Shown one piece after another: positions 55,995-64,000 of a stretch of DNA of 64,000 nucleotides. The number at the start of each line of letters is the position of its first letter. Within the stretch, counting starts at the first letter, position 1. The DNA lies in assembly GCA_021784595.1 (NCBI GenBank), contig JAJYHT010000031.1, forward strand, positions 6 to 64,005. The letters run 5' to 3'. The notes under the pieces were generated by a model. That model made no database searches. It saw only the letters and a list, made by a program, of their open reading frames with translations, and was not told the origin of the DNA. This DNA comes from Bacillota bacterium (GTDB lineage Bacteria; Bacillota; Sulfobacillia; Sulfobacillales; Sulfobacillaceae). The translations under genes were made by a program, and so were the position numbers.

Positions 55995-56492
55995 ATGATG
56001 AATCGTGTTGCGGTTGCAGTAGATGGTTCGCCTGCCAGTTTGGCTGCGTTGAAATGCGCCATGGATCTGGTGAAAGCGGACGCTGCCCTGTTGTGTGTAG
56101 ATGTCAAAGACATGATGTCTTTTGACCTCGAGTATGCGGCGGAGGCCTACGAGGGGGGAGGGGCTACGGATGACAGCATTAAGGAATGGGATAAGTTGGC
56201 CCGTCAAGTGGGAAAGCAAGTCAAGTCTATCGCGGATGAATATCACGTCGAGGTGGTCTGGCATATTCTCACGGTCGAACCCGGGCATGGCGGCGCAGCG
56301 CTAGCCTTTGTCGAGTATGCGAAAAAATGGGGTGCCGAAGTGTTGTTCGTTGGGCAGCACCATGGCTCGCGCCTGGTGGAGGACATGTTTGGAAGCTTTC
56401 CACGATGGGTCGCGACCCATAGTCATTTGCCGACGATGGTGGTGCCGCCCCCTGTTGAAGCAACAACCACAAAAGAACATGACCGCAAGTAA
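55995..56492 (+). CDS. universal stress protein (UspA family)
   Basis: RVAVAVDGSPAS N-terminus and VLFVGQHHGSRL...GSF ATP-binding-like block. Confidence 0.8.
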   Translation: MMNRVAVAVDGSPASLAALKCAMDLVKADAALLCVDVKDMMSFDLEYAAEAYEGGGATDDSIKEWDKLARQVGKQVKSIADEYHVEVVWHILTVEPGHGGAALAFVEYAKKWGAEVLFVGQHHGSRLVEDMFGSFPRWVATHSHLPTMVVPPPVEATTTKEHDRK

Positions 56493-56522
56493 TATCCCAT
56501 TCCAAATCGATGGAGGTGGACG

Positions 56523-56864
56523 ATGAACAATGACTTAAGGCGGCCGCCGGAGGCGGACCAGGTCAATCCTGAACAAGCACCCTCTGCAGAAGAAAAACTT
56601 CCGCCAGGGGCGCACCGCAGCCCTCCCCAGGGATATCCAACAGATCGCGATCTGTATGCTATCCCACAGTGGTACGCATTGCCGATAGATACCCCTGAGC
56701 ATGCGAGAAATGCCGCTAGTAGGTTTTCGCAAATGGACATTTATGAGGTGTTGCCCCCAGAAGAACAACAGCGGGTTTGGCATCGGATTGCTGAAGCTGA
56801 GATCAAGTTTGGCATTAAACCTGGCGAACATGTCCTTCAGCGGGCGGGATTGCTCGAGAGGTGA
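56523..56864 (+). CDS. hypothetical protein (113 aa, Pro-rich N-terminus)
   Basis: GGAGGTGGA RBS. No family recognised. Confidence 0.4.
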   Translation: MNNDLRRPPEADQVNPEQAPSAEEKLPPGAHRSPPQGYPTDRDLYAIPQWYALPIDTPEHARNAASRFSQMDIYEVLPPEEQQRVWHRIAEAEIKFGIKPGEHVLQRAGLLER

Positions 56865-56983
56865 TGGGGTCACAAAGTCCCTGCATCAGGAAGTCCATTA
56901 ATCTGGGTTTCGCTTGCCAACCGGGATGATGGACTTCCTTGGGTAATACAGCCTCGTTAGAGCCTAAAGGCGTGGGTTCCAGG

Positions 56984-57619
56984 CTAGCCATATTGTTTAA
57001 CCGTGATGCGTAGAATTAAGCTTCCCGCCGCCGCCAAACGTTCAGCGGTGTTTTGGATGTGGCGGTATACTTCTCGCATTTTCATCAGGGTATGTATGTC
57101 CGATTCGTCGCCCAAGCCGACAATGGCATGGCGATACAGATCGGCCATCTGGTTTTGTATAGTGATGGCTTTCAGGGCGTGAGCTTGGGCGGATAACGGG
57201 GCATCCAGCAGAACTTTCACGGCCTCCAATAGTTCGACGGTACCTAGCTGCAGTTGTTGGGCCATGGCGCCAATTTGGGCATTCATCGAGATGTGGTACA
57301 GTTCTAACTCCCTTATGGTAATATCTCCGTAATTTATCATGTCTTCCATGATTTGCGACAGATCATTGATATCTTCTCGGTCAAACGGCGTAATAAAACT
57401 CTGATTGAGCAGTCCCAGGATGGTTATACGGTCATGATTGCCCAATTCTTCAACCTGATTTGATTCCAGAACCCACTGACTTTGCGCGGTAGACTCTGTA
57501 CTTGCGCAATGCCGGGCGAATATCTCAGACATTTTTGCCACCAAGGAGGCCTCTTCCTCGAGTATGGTGATAAACTTGCGTGAAATTTTGGAGGCCCAAA
57601 ATAAATCCTTCCAACTCAT
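56984..57619 (-). CDS. DUF47/PhoU-like phosphate-transport accessory protein
   Basis: 211-aa helical protein that overlaps (ATGA) and follows a PiT gene. The DUF47-PiT pairing is well known (ykaA-pit). Confidence 0.8.
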   Translation of the reverse strand: MSWKDLFWASKISRKFITILEEEASLVAKMSEIFARHCASTESTAQSQWVLESNQVEELGNHDRITILGLLNQSFITPFDREDINDLSQIMEDMINYGDITIRELELYHISMNAQIGAMAQQLQLGTVELLEAVKVLLDAPLSAQAHALKAITIQNQMADLYRHAIVGLGDESDIHTLMKMREVYRHIQNTAERLAAAGSLILRITVKQYG

Positions 57620-58605
57620 AGCACACTCCTAGAAAATTGACATAACGCCATGGCGGCCATCCCTAAAGCCATTGCTATGGGAATAGTTAATATCCAGACT
57701 CGCACAATATTTTTCACGGTTAACCAGTGTACGGCTGCAGGATTGAGGGTAGTCCCCATGCCAATTAGGGATGCATCGACAGTTTGGGTGGTGCTTATCG
57801 GCAAACCCGCCATGGCCGCTAAAGTTACCGTGAGACTGGCCGCGGTAAGCGCGCCGAATGCGTTAATGGATTTAATTCGCACCACACGATTGCCCACTGT
57901 GCGAGCGACTCGGCTTCCTCCCATAAGCAACCCTACACTCCATGCTAAAAGAGGAAGAACGATGTCAACCCAAGAAACCTGGTATCGTGTCTTATGATGC
58001 ATCATTAGAAAGACGAGGGCGGTCAATCCGATAGCTTTTTCTTGATCATTGGCGCCGTAGGCCATGCCCTGCCATATGGCGATGAAATATTGGAGCCGGC
58101 GAATGTGCAGTGCTTGGGGCAAGGATAGTCGGGACAACACGGTCCACAAGATAAACGTGATGATAGAGGCGAAAACAAATCCGGCCGCTACTGAACCCAA
58201 CAAACCGAGAAGTATTTTGAGAATTCCCGTCCAATGGATTAAACGACCTTGGCCGGCGGTGAACGCAGCGCCTGCCATGGCGCCTCCTAACGCTAGGGTA
58301 GTGCTAGTGGGCAGAGACAAGCGCCAGGTGACGATAAGCGTGACAATGGCACCCAATAGGGAGGCCGTGACTACTAAGGGTCCGGCAAGGGGAAAATTTA
58401 CGATTTCGGTCGCGATAGTTCTGGAAACAGCCGTGCCAAAAAGTATTGGGCCTAGTCCAATGCTTAGAATCAAAAGGGGAATAACCAACGAAAGTTTTAG
58501 GCTTCTGGTGGCGGCGAACGTTGCCACCAGATTCCCCCCGTCGTTAAATCCTGATAATCCGGTGTACCCGATAACAAGCAGAAATATCACAGAATATAAG
58601 TTCAT
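57616..58605 (-). CDS. inorganic phosphate transporter, PiT family
   Basis: Duplicated PiT signature GFNDGGN and YGANDQEKAIG. ~10 TM helices. Confidence 0.85.
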   Translation of the reverse strand: MNLYSVIFLLVIGYTGLSGFNDGGNLVATFAATRSLKLSLVIPLLILSIGLGPILFGTAVSRTIATEIVNFPLAGPLVVTASLLGAIVTLIVTWRLSLPTSTTLALGGAMAGAAFTAGQGRLIHWTGILKILLGLLGSVAAGFVFASIITFILWTVLSRLSLPQALHIRRLQYFIAIWQGMAYGANDQEKAIGLTALVFLMMHHKTRYQVSWVDIVLPLLAWSVGLLMGGSRVARTVGNRVVRIKSINAFGALTAASLTVTLAAMAGLPISTTQTVDASLIGMGTTLNPAAVHWLTVKNIVRVWILTIPIAMALGMAAMALCQFSRSVL

Positions 58606-58904
58606 AAAACGTCCGATCCTATTCTTTAGGGTGTCATTTGCTATGGTATCAGTCTGTGTGGTAATGCAACAGCTTGAGATTGCCTATTTCTGTTCGGATG
58701 GGGCTCTGGGCGTTTTTTCAATCCTTTGCCGGGCTTGAATAGTGTCCTAACGGACCGATGGACCCTAAGGAGTTTGGGCCAAACGCCTGGTTAATGGGGG
58801 CTGTCGGGACCTGTCATGAAAGAGCAGTGAAATCCTATAATGAGGAAAATATGATATGCGATCACTCATTAACAGCCGGAACAATGGGCAGAGGGAGAAA
58901 GAAA

Positions 58905-60305
58905 ATGCAGCAATTGGAATTTGACGTGGTGACCATTGGCGGTGGGCCCGGAGCGACGCCGGGTGCGCAATTCTTAGCGCAACATGGCAAAAAAGTAGCG
59001 ATTATCGAACAAGGAGAGGGATTGGGAGGGACGTGCCTATTTGAGGGATGCATTCCCTCAAAGATTTATCTGGAAACGGCCAGCCGCTTGCGCAGCCTTT
59101 CCGATGACGGCCAATTTGGCATTGTAGGCGGGCGATATGACGGCGTTGACTTGGGAAAACTGGAGGCCCGCAAGCGCCAAATTTTGCAAACCCGGGTTAA
59201 CGGCGCCCAACATGCGTGTGATGAGTTAGGAATCTCCATCATTCACGGGCAAGCCGATTTTGTGGATGCGCACCATGTGGTGGTCCATGCGGACCGTGAA
59301 GAAGACCGTATCGTCCAAGCGCAGTATATTATCGCGGCGCCTGGGTCATCTGTCCGCACATTGGCAGTGCCAGGCGCGGAGAGCGAGGGAATTTGGACCA
59401 GTGCCCAGGCTTTGCAGTTGCGTGAAATCCCATCCACGATGTGCATCATTGGGGGAGGATACATTGGCGTGGAGTTGGCGACCTTATATAGCGCCCTGGG
59501 CTCACGCGTTCATGTGCTGGAAATGGCCCCCCGGTTGTTGATGTCCGAGGACCCTCGAATTGTTGGCCATTTAGCGCAGCAATGGGCTCAGGAAGCGCAT
59601 TCAATCACGGTTGAGACCGGTGTGCAGATTACCCGTATCGAGCGGACTTCTGGACAATGGACGGTGGTCTATGATTCAGCTGGGAACCTGGCGCGGCTGG
59701 CGGTTGATCAGGTGCTGGTGGCAGTAGGGCGAAAACCGAACACCGACGGTCTCTCTTGGGGCAAAGCGGGGCTGGCGCTAGGGCCAAGGGGTGAAGTGCC
59801 CGTCAATGCCGTAGAGCAAACTATCGTGCCCCATATTTATGCGCCCGGAGATGTTAACGGTCAGGTCATGTTAGCGCATGCGGCAACCCGCCAATCGTTA
59901 ATTGCGGCACAACACATATTAGGGATTCCGACCTTGCCTACAGAGATGACGGTGCCCCATGTCATTTTCTCTCATCCGGAAATTGCTGCGGTCGGTGCGG
60001 ATAGCAGAGCCTTGGTAGAACATACTGAGTGGAGATTGACTGAGTGGCCTTACCGTCAAGATGCCCGAGCGTTAATTGTTGGGGACTTAGGTGGTCATGC
60101 GCAAATGATTTGGGATGCGGCCACTCACCAAATAAAGGGACTGCAAATTATTGGTGCGGGCGCGGGGGAACTGATTGAGGAAGTTACTTATGTGATTACA
60201 CATGGGCAAACCCTGGAATCGTTGGTGGAGACGATCCATCCGCATCCTACGCTTAACGAGATAGTTAGTGAATTGGCGGCCGCAGCGTTAGCCCCGGACA
60301 AATAA
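58905..60305 (+). CDS. dihydrolipoyl dehydrogenase-family pyridine nucleotide-disulfide oxidoreductase
   Basis: FDVVTIGGGPGA, redox disulfide GGTCLFEGCIPSK, second Rossmann IIGGGYIGVE, C-terminal HPHPTLNE. Start taken at ATG 58905 after GAGGGAGAAAG. Confidence 0.85.
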   Translation: MQQLEFDVVTIGGGPGATPGAQFLAQHGKKVAIIEQGEGLGGTCLFEGCIPSKIYLETASRLRSLSDDGQFGIVGGRYDGVDLGKLEARKRQILQTRVNGAQHACDELGISIIHGQADFVDAHHVVVHADREEDRIVQAQYIIAAPGSSVRTLAVPGAESEGIWTSAQALQLREIPSTMCIIGGGYIGVELATLYSALGSRVHVLEMAPRLLMSEDPRIVGHLAQQWAQEAHSITVETGVQITRIERTSGQWTVVYDSAGNLARLAVDQVLVAVGRKPNTDGLSWGKAGLALGPRGEVPVNAVEQTIVPHIYAPGDVNGQVMLAHAATRQSLIAAQHILGIPTLPTEMTVPHVIFSHPEIAAVGADSRALVEHTEWRLTEWPYRQDARALIVGDLGGHAQMIWDAATHQIKGLQIIGAGAGELIEEVTYVITHGQTLESLVETIHPHPTLNEIVSELAAAALAPDK

Positions 60306-60375
60306 AACCGCTTAGGATGCAAGAGTAAGACATAAGTAAAGTAAGAAACGTTACCTCACTAGAGGGAGATCCTGG

Positions 60376-61575
60376 ATGCGACGAAAGGCGATAGGACCCG
60401 TTCTGTTGTTGGCTATTGCGTCGGTGGACCAGCTGGCCATTACCATGTCCCAACAAGGACTGTCTATTTTAAGTGTTGCATTTAAAGAGTATAGCCACCT
60501 TGGAGTGGCACAAATGGGCATTCTGTTTTCTACTGTAGCTTTAGGGGCCGTCTTGGGAATGATTCCAGCCGGCCTGGCATTGGATCGATGGGGCTCAAAA
60601 ACGGTGGCGTGGGCGTCTGGCGCCTCCATTTTAGTGGTGATGTGCGTGCTGGGTATTGTTTTGCCGCGCAACTTTTGGGCATTGGAATCACTTTTAGGCT
60701 TAGTGGGACTATTTTTGCCAGCACTATCACTGACCGGTATGACTGCGGTCAGCAACCGATTTGAAGGGACGGCGCAGGAAGGCACCGCCATTGGCATCCG
60801 GCAAGCGGCCACCCCATTAGGGGGAATATTGGCCGCGAGCCTGTTCCCGTGGTTGGTCCAAACCTGGTCTCTGTCCATCGTGCTGATTGTCATCGCCATC
60901 AACGCCGGCGGTTGGACTATGGCTTTTGGCTGGGTTTTGCATCCTAAGCCCCGACGACCAACAAGCGTTTCTAGTGGCGGAGAATTTCAAGGAGTGGCAT
61001 CCTTGCTGGGCCAGTTGAAACTTCCGCTCCTAATCAGCTTTTTGTTGTCTCCAGGCCAATATACCCTGCTTACCTATGCACTGTTGGATCTGCATGACCG
61101 TTGGCATGTGAAGATGGATGTCGCAGGACCTGTGTTGGCATTGGCGCTATTTGGAGGATTTGTCACCCGGATTACCATGGGTAAATTGGCGGATCATGGA
61201 TGGGACACTCCGCATTTGATGTCAGCTACTGCCCTTTTAGGGGTAGGATCTTTGGTGATTTGGTCGGTGTTGTCGCACCATGCGTCGTTTTATATCATTA
61301 TGGCCATCTTTTTTGGCTTGGGTGCTGGCTTGGATGGATGGAATGCGTTGTTGACCACCTGGATCTCGCGCATAACCAACGCTCCCCAGCGCGGGATGGC
61401 TTTAGGATTAGCGGGCATGGCCGGGTTTGTGGGAATTGTTCTGTTCTTGCCGGTGTTTGGGTTCTTAGTGAAGACCTCCGCCTCGTACCGCCCTGCTTGG
61501 GTTCTGTTGGCAGCTATATATGTGGTGGGCATCGTGGTGATGATGAAGGCTAAGTCAGTGCGTCCAGCATCTTAG
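60376..61575 (+). CDS. MFS transporter
   Basis: 399 aa with ~12 TM helices and the loop motif LALDRWGSK. Confidence 0.8.
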   Translation: MRRKAIGPVLLLAIASVDQLAITMSQQGLSILSVAFKEYSHLGVAQMGILFSTVALGAVLGMIPAGLALDRWGSKTVAWASGASILVVMCVLGIVLPRNFWALESLLGLVGLFLPALSLTGMTAVSNRFEGTAQEGTAIGIRQAATPLGGILAASLFPWLVQTWSLSIVLIVIAINAGGWTMAFGWVLHPKPRRPTSVSSGGEFQGVASLLGQLKLPLLISFLLSPGQYTLLTYALLDLHDRWHVKMDVAGPVLALALFGGFVTRITMGKLADHGWDTPHLMSATALLGVGSLVIWSVLSHHASFYIIMAIFFGLGAGLDGWNALLTTWISRITNAPQRGMALGLAGMAGFVGIVLFLPVFGFLVKTSASYRPAWVLLAAIYVVGIVVMMKAKSVRPAS

Positions 61576-61611
61576 TAACTTGTTTGTTTGCACAGGTCAA
61601 CGAAGAGACTG

Positions 61612-61665
61612 CAACAACCCCACTGTATGCCCGCCGATACGGTTGGGTTGTTGGCTCCTTTGTTG
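61612..61665 (+). terminator. rho-independent terminator candidate
   Basis: caacaaccccac-(18 nt)-gttgggttgttg (11/12 pairs) followed by gctcctttgttgg. Confidence 0.4.
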
Positions 61666-61832
61666 GAAATTGGCAAATATTTGCTGACAGGGGCCAAAGG
61701 CCCCTACAGAAAGGACCATTCAGACCATGTGCAGGGATCCGCTAACGTGGACAATATAAGGTGATCGGCAATTCGAGTTGCGGGGAGCTTTGAGAGTCAC
61801 TCCCTTAAAATGGAAGGGGGTACCGGAGAAGT

Positions 61833-62948
61833 ATGAACGCATTTATTCTTGCGGGAGGAAGGGGCACGCGGCTTGAACCGCTCACCCTCACCCGGCCAAA
61901 GCCGTTGGTGCCCCTGGTTGATCGCCCTATTTTGGACAACATATTGCGTCACCTACAGAGTGGTGGATTTGACCATATTGTCATGCTGGTCGGGTTCAAA
62001 GGGTCCGAGATTGCCCAGTATGCTGGCACTGGAGGAGCGTGGGGGGTTAACTTGCAATATCACTACGAACCAGAGCCTTTGGGCACAGCGGGTTCCTTGA
62101 TCGATGCTCTGGCCCAGCATCCTATGCATGAAGCGTTTCTCGTGGTCAGCGGCGATGGCTTGACCAATCTCAATTTATCCGCGTTTTATCAAGCTTGCCA
62201 AAAAGCACACGCGGAAGTCGGGATTCTATTAGCCCGGGTAGACGATCCCCGTAGATTTGGCGTGGTCAAAACAAATAAATCGGGGCATGTTACAGGGTTT
62301 GTGGAAAAACCGCAAAAGCCTGGTCCAAACGCATGGGTTAACACGGGTATTTATTACTTTGAGCCCCGAGTGCTTCAGAGGCTGCCACTTGGTCAACCGC
62401 TCGACTTCGGATTCGACTTGTTTCCCCGATGGGTTGCCGAAGGACATTGCATGATCGGCGTCAAGTCTGAAGGCTACTGGTCGGATGTCGGAACGTTAGT
62501 GGAGTACCGTCGTGCGATCGCGGACATTTTGGCGGGACGGATTGAGATCCCAACGACACCTAATCCTAAAATTACGGTCAACAAGTCGGGGTTTAAAGCG
62601 ATGCCGCCAGTGTTCATCGACGAGTTGGCGATGATTGAACCGGGAGCCATTGTGGGACCGTTCACAGTCATCGGATCTCGCACTTATGTGGGACGCGGGG
62701 CAAAAGTCGAGGCGTCGATAGTTCGCGAGAAAACCTGGATTGGGGCGGGCGCACAGATTTCGGGAGTAGTTGTTGGCGAGGGAAGCTACATTGGGATCGG
62801 GGCTATATTGGACGAGGGCGTGGTGATGGGGGACCATAGTTGGGTCGGGGCTGCCACTCACGTCGCCTCGGGAACCCATATTGCCCCAGACACCGTACTG
62901 GTCGCCAATTCGAGTGCTGCGTCGCCCCAAAAGGCATTGGCCAACTAG
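61833..62948 (+). CDS. NDP-sugar pyrophosphorylase (mannose-1-P guanylyl / glucose-1-P nucleotidyltransferase type) with a C-terminal left-handed beta-helix
   Basis: ILAGGRGTRLEPLT..RPKPLVP N-terminus. Hexapeptide-repeat C-terminus (GAKVEASIV..GAGAQISGVVVGEGSYIGIGA). Confidence 0.85.
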   Translation: MNAFILAGGRGTRLEPLTLTRPKPLVPLVDRPILDNILRHLQSGGFDHIVMLVGFKGSEIAQYAGTGGAWGVNLQYHYEPEPLGTAGSLIDALAQHPMHEAFLVVSGDGLTNLNLSAFYQACQKAHAEVGILLARVDDPRRFGVVKTNKSGHVTGFVEKPQKPGPNAWVNTGIYYFEPRVLQRLPLGQPLDFGFDLFPRWVAEGHCMIGVKSEGYWSDVGTLVEYRRAIADILAGRIEIPTTPNPKITVNKSGFKAMPPVFIDELAMIEPGAIVGPFTVIGSRTYVGRGAKVEASIVREKTWIGAGAQISGVVVGEGSYIGIGAILDEGVVMGDHSWVGAATHVASGTHIAPDTVLVANSSAASPQKALAN

Positions 62949-62969
62949 AAACCGAGGCAGCCGCTGGGA

Positions 62970-63686
62970 TTAGGATGGCAACTGTCCCGACCACATCATG
63001 ATGACCTCATTGGGACGAGAGTGGCTCTGCAACTTAATGAGACCGGCTTCGCGCATCCATTGCGGCAACGCTTGCCCACGGTCCCATTGGCGGTGGGTGC
63101 GGGCAAGCCACCGGTATGGAGCGGCATCGGGCGCGCCTGGCCAATCCTTGGTCAGCGAGTGGTCGCCCCACCAGGGCAATATGTGATGAAAATAGAGGCG
63201 AAAGCCCGGTGCACGCCATCCTTTTGGCGTGTGCGTCTCTAAGATGACTAAGTGGCCTCCGGGTCTAAGCAGTTGAGTCGCTTGGGTTACCCCGTGCTTT
63301 GCATCGGGCAGGTCGCGCAATATAAAGGACATCACGGCGGTGTCAAATGTATTGCGATGGGTGGACGCAAACGATTCTAAATCCGAGTGATGTCGGGTAA
63401 TGGAGTTCGGCAGGTGACTTAACATGTCGTGGGATTGGTCGACGCCCGTAAGCTGGGATTCGGGCAGGCGTTTAGCCAATTCGCGGAGTAAAACACCCGG
63501 ACCACATCCAATATCCACCACGGTAGCCGGGGATTGAGCCGCGATGACACTGGCCAAACGGTGAAGCCAGCGGGGATAGCCGCCCCAGGAGACCCGTCGC
63601 GTTTGACCTTCATATCGTTCAGACATCCAGTCAAAGGTGTCTTCTAAATTCTTTATGGGTTGCTGCTTGCGGGCCAAGGTTCCCAT
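62970..63686 (-). CDS. class I SAM-dependent methyltransferase
   Basis: Motif I VVDIGCGPGVLL and post-I LTGVDQS. GGAGGGAG RBS before ATG 63686. The tracked ORF extends 37 codons further upstream. Confidence 0.8.
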   Translation of the reverse strand: MGTLARKQQPIKNLEDTFDWMSERYEGQTRRVSWGGYPRWLHRLASVIAAQSPATVVDIGCGPGVLLRELAKRLPESQLTGVDQSHDMLSHLPNSITRHHSDLESFASTHRNTFDTAVMSFILRDLPDAKHGVTQATQLLRPGGHLVILETHTPKGWRAPGFRLYFHHILPWWGDHSLTKDWPGAPDAAPYRWLARTHRQWDRGQALPQWMREAGLIKLQSHSRPNEVIMMWSGQLPS

Positions 63687-63947
63687 TGCTTTTGCTCCCT
63701 CCATTCTATAAGCCAACGTTAATGTGTGCCCAAGTCTTTTATAGTATGCAGACAGCTTGGGTGGCAAATTCTTCTCTTCATAGTGCTTTAGAGTCAATCG
63801 CTCTGGGTCTAATGGTCCTTTGAGGTTCCCTCATTTGGCCACTGCAACTTAGGCCCAAGGATCCCTGCACCGTCTTCTAAAACGCGATACTCTCTAAGTG
63901 CGAAGCAACGAAAGCAAACAGCACTTATTTCAAGGAGGTTGACGAAC

Positions 63948-64000
63948 ATGAATCGCTCTCGAATTTTTCAAGCTTTATTGGTATCCTCCACATTAATTCT
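63948..64000 (+). CDS. 5' end of an ORF running off the window (signal-peptide-like start)
   Basis: AAGGAGG 8 nt upstream of ATG 63948. MNRSRIFQALLVSSTLI... Confidence 0.3.
   Translation, partial: MNRSRIFQALLVSSTLI

Noticed and set aside
235-63634. Many 60-180-aa ORFs antisense to or nested within the large genes (for example 235-576, 1558-1986, 3971-4519, 14320-14727, 28285-28770, 39880-40407, 44715-45191, 55316-55771, 60351-60902)
   Set aside because: They lie entirely inside well-supported genes on the other strand or in another frame. Their composition shows the Arg/Pro/Ser/Cys bias typical of shadow ORFs in moderately GC-rich DNA.
1-64000. Looked for CRISPR arrays, rRNA, tRNA, tandem repeats and transposase genes
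   Set aside because: I saw no regularly spaced direct repeats, no tRNA-like cloverleaf segments in the intergenic regions, and no DDE or IS200-type transposase ORF. Visual scanning could miss small RNAs.

Overview
A 64-kb, gene-dense chromosomal window with about 60 CDS. I saw no rRNA, tRNA or CRISPR array. All calls come from reading the ORF translations and the DNA by eye; no database search was run. A germinant-receptor operon, two cytochrome bd oxidases and several sulfide:quinone-reductase-like flavoproteins point to an endospore-forming, probably sulfur-oxidising Firmicute (Sulfobacillus-like; inference only). Contents from left to right: (1) acyl-CoA dehydrogenase and acyl-CoA ligase; (2) a ~2.7-kb cassette (3731-6406) bracketed by long inverted repeats, holding an intact small serine recombinase, two decayed resolvase-like fragments nearby, and a Panacea/DUF4065 antitoxin coupled to an unrecognised toxin candidate; (3) cydDC divergent from cydAB-1, followed by a GAF histidine kinase and a NarL-type regulator; (4) a gerA-gerC-gerB operon whose fourth, overlapping gene is a membrane-anchored FMN glutamate-synthase-like protein, then a convergent SQR and cydAB-2; (5) a deletion scar joining a ROK regulator fragment to a sugar ABC permease fragment; (6) a minus-strand cluster of three divergent SQR-like flavoproteins and a second GltS-like gene; (7) a six-gene overlapping operon of ABC ATPase, two membrane proteins (one with an M1-peptidase-like domain lacking HEXXH), ECF sigma, polytopic anti-sigma candidate and a degenerate ABC NBD; (8) a MazG-like NTP pyrophosphatase coupled to a SauUSI-type PLD-helicase-DUF3427 restriction enzyme; (9) MFS / AMP-ligase / acyltransferase-3 / ECF sigma-anti-sigma; (10) housekeeping and transport genes (family-5 SBP, SDR, LysR, BI-1, Usp, PiT+DUF47, Lpd-like, MFS, NDP-sugar pyrophosphorylase, methyltransferase). 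The best candidates for something undescribed are the recurrent pairing of GltS-like membrane flavoproteins with cysteine-variant SQR-like proteins (including inside a ger operon), the IR-bounded recombinase/TA cassette, and the MazG-SauUSI-like pair.
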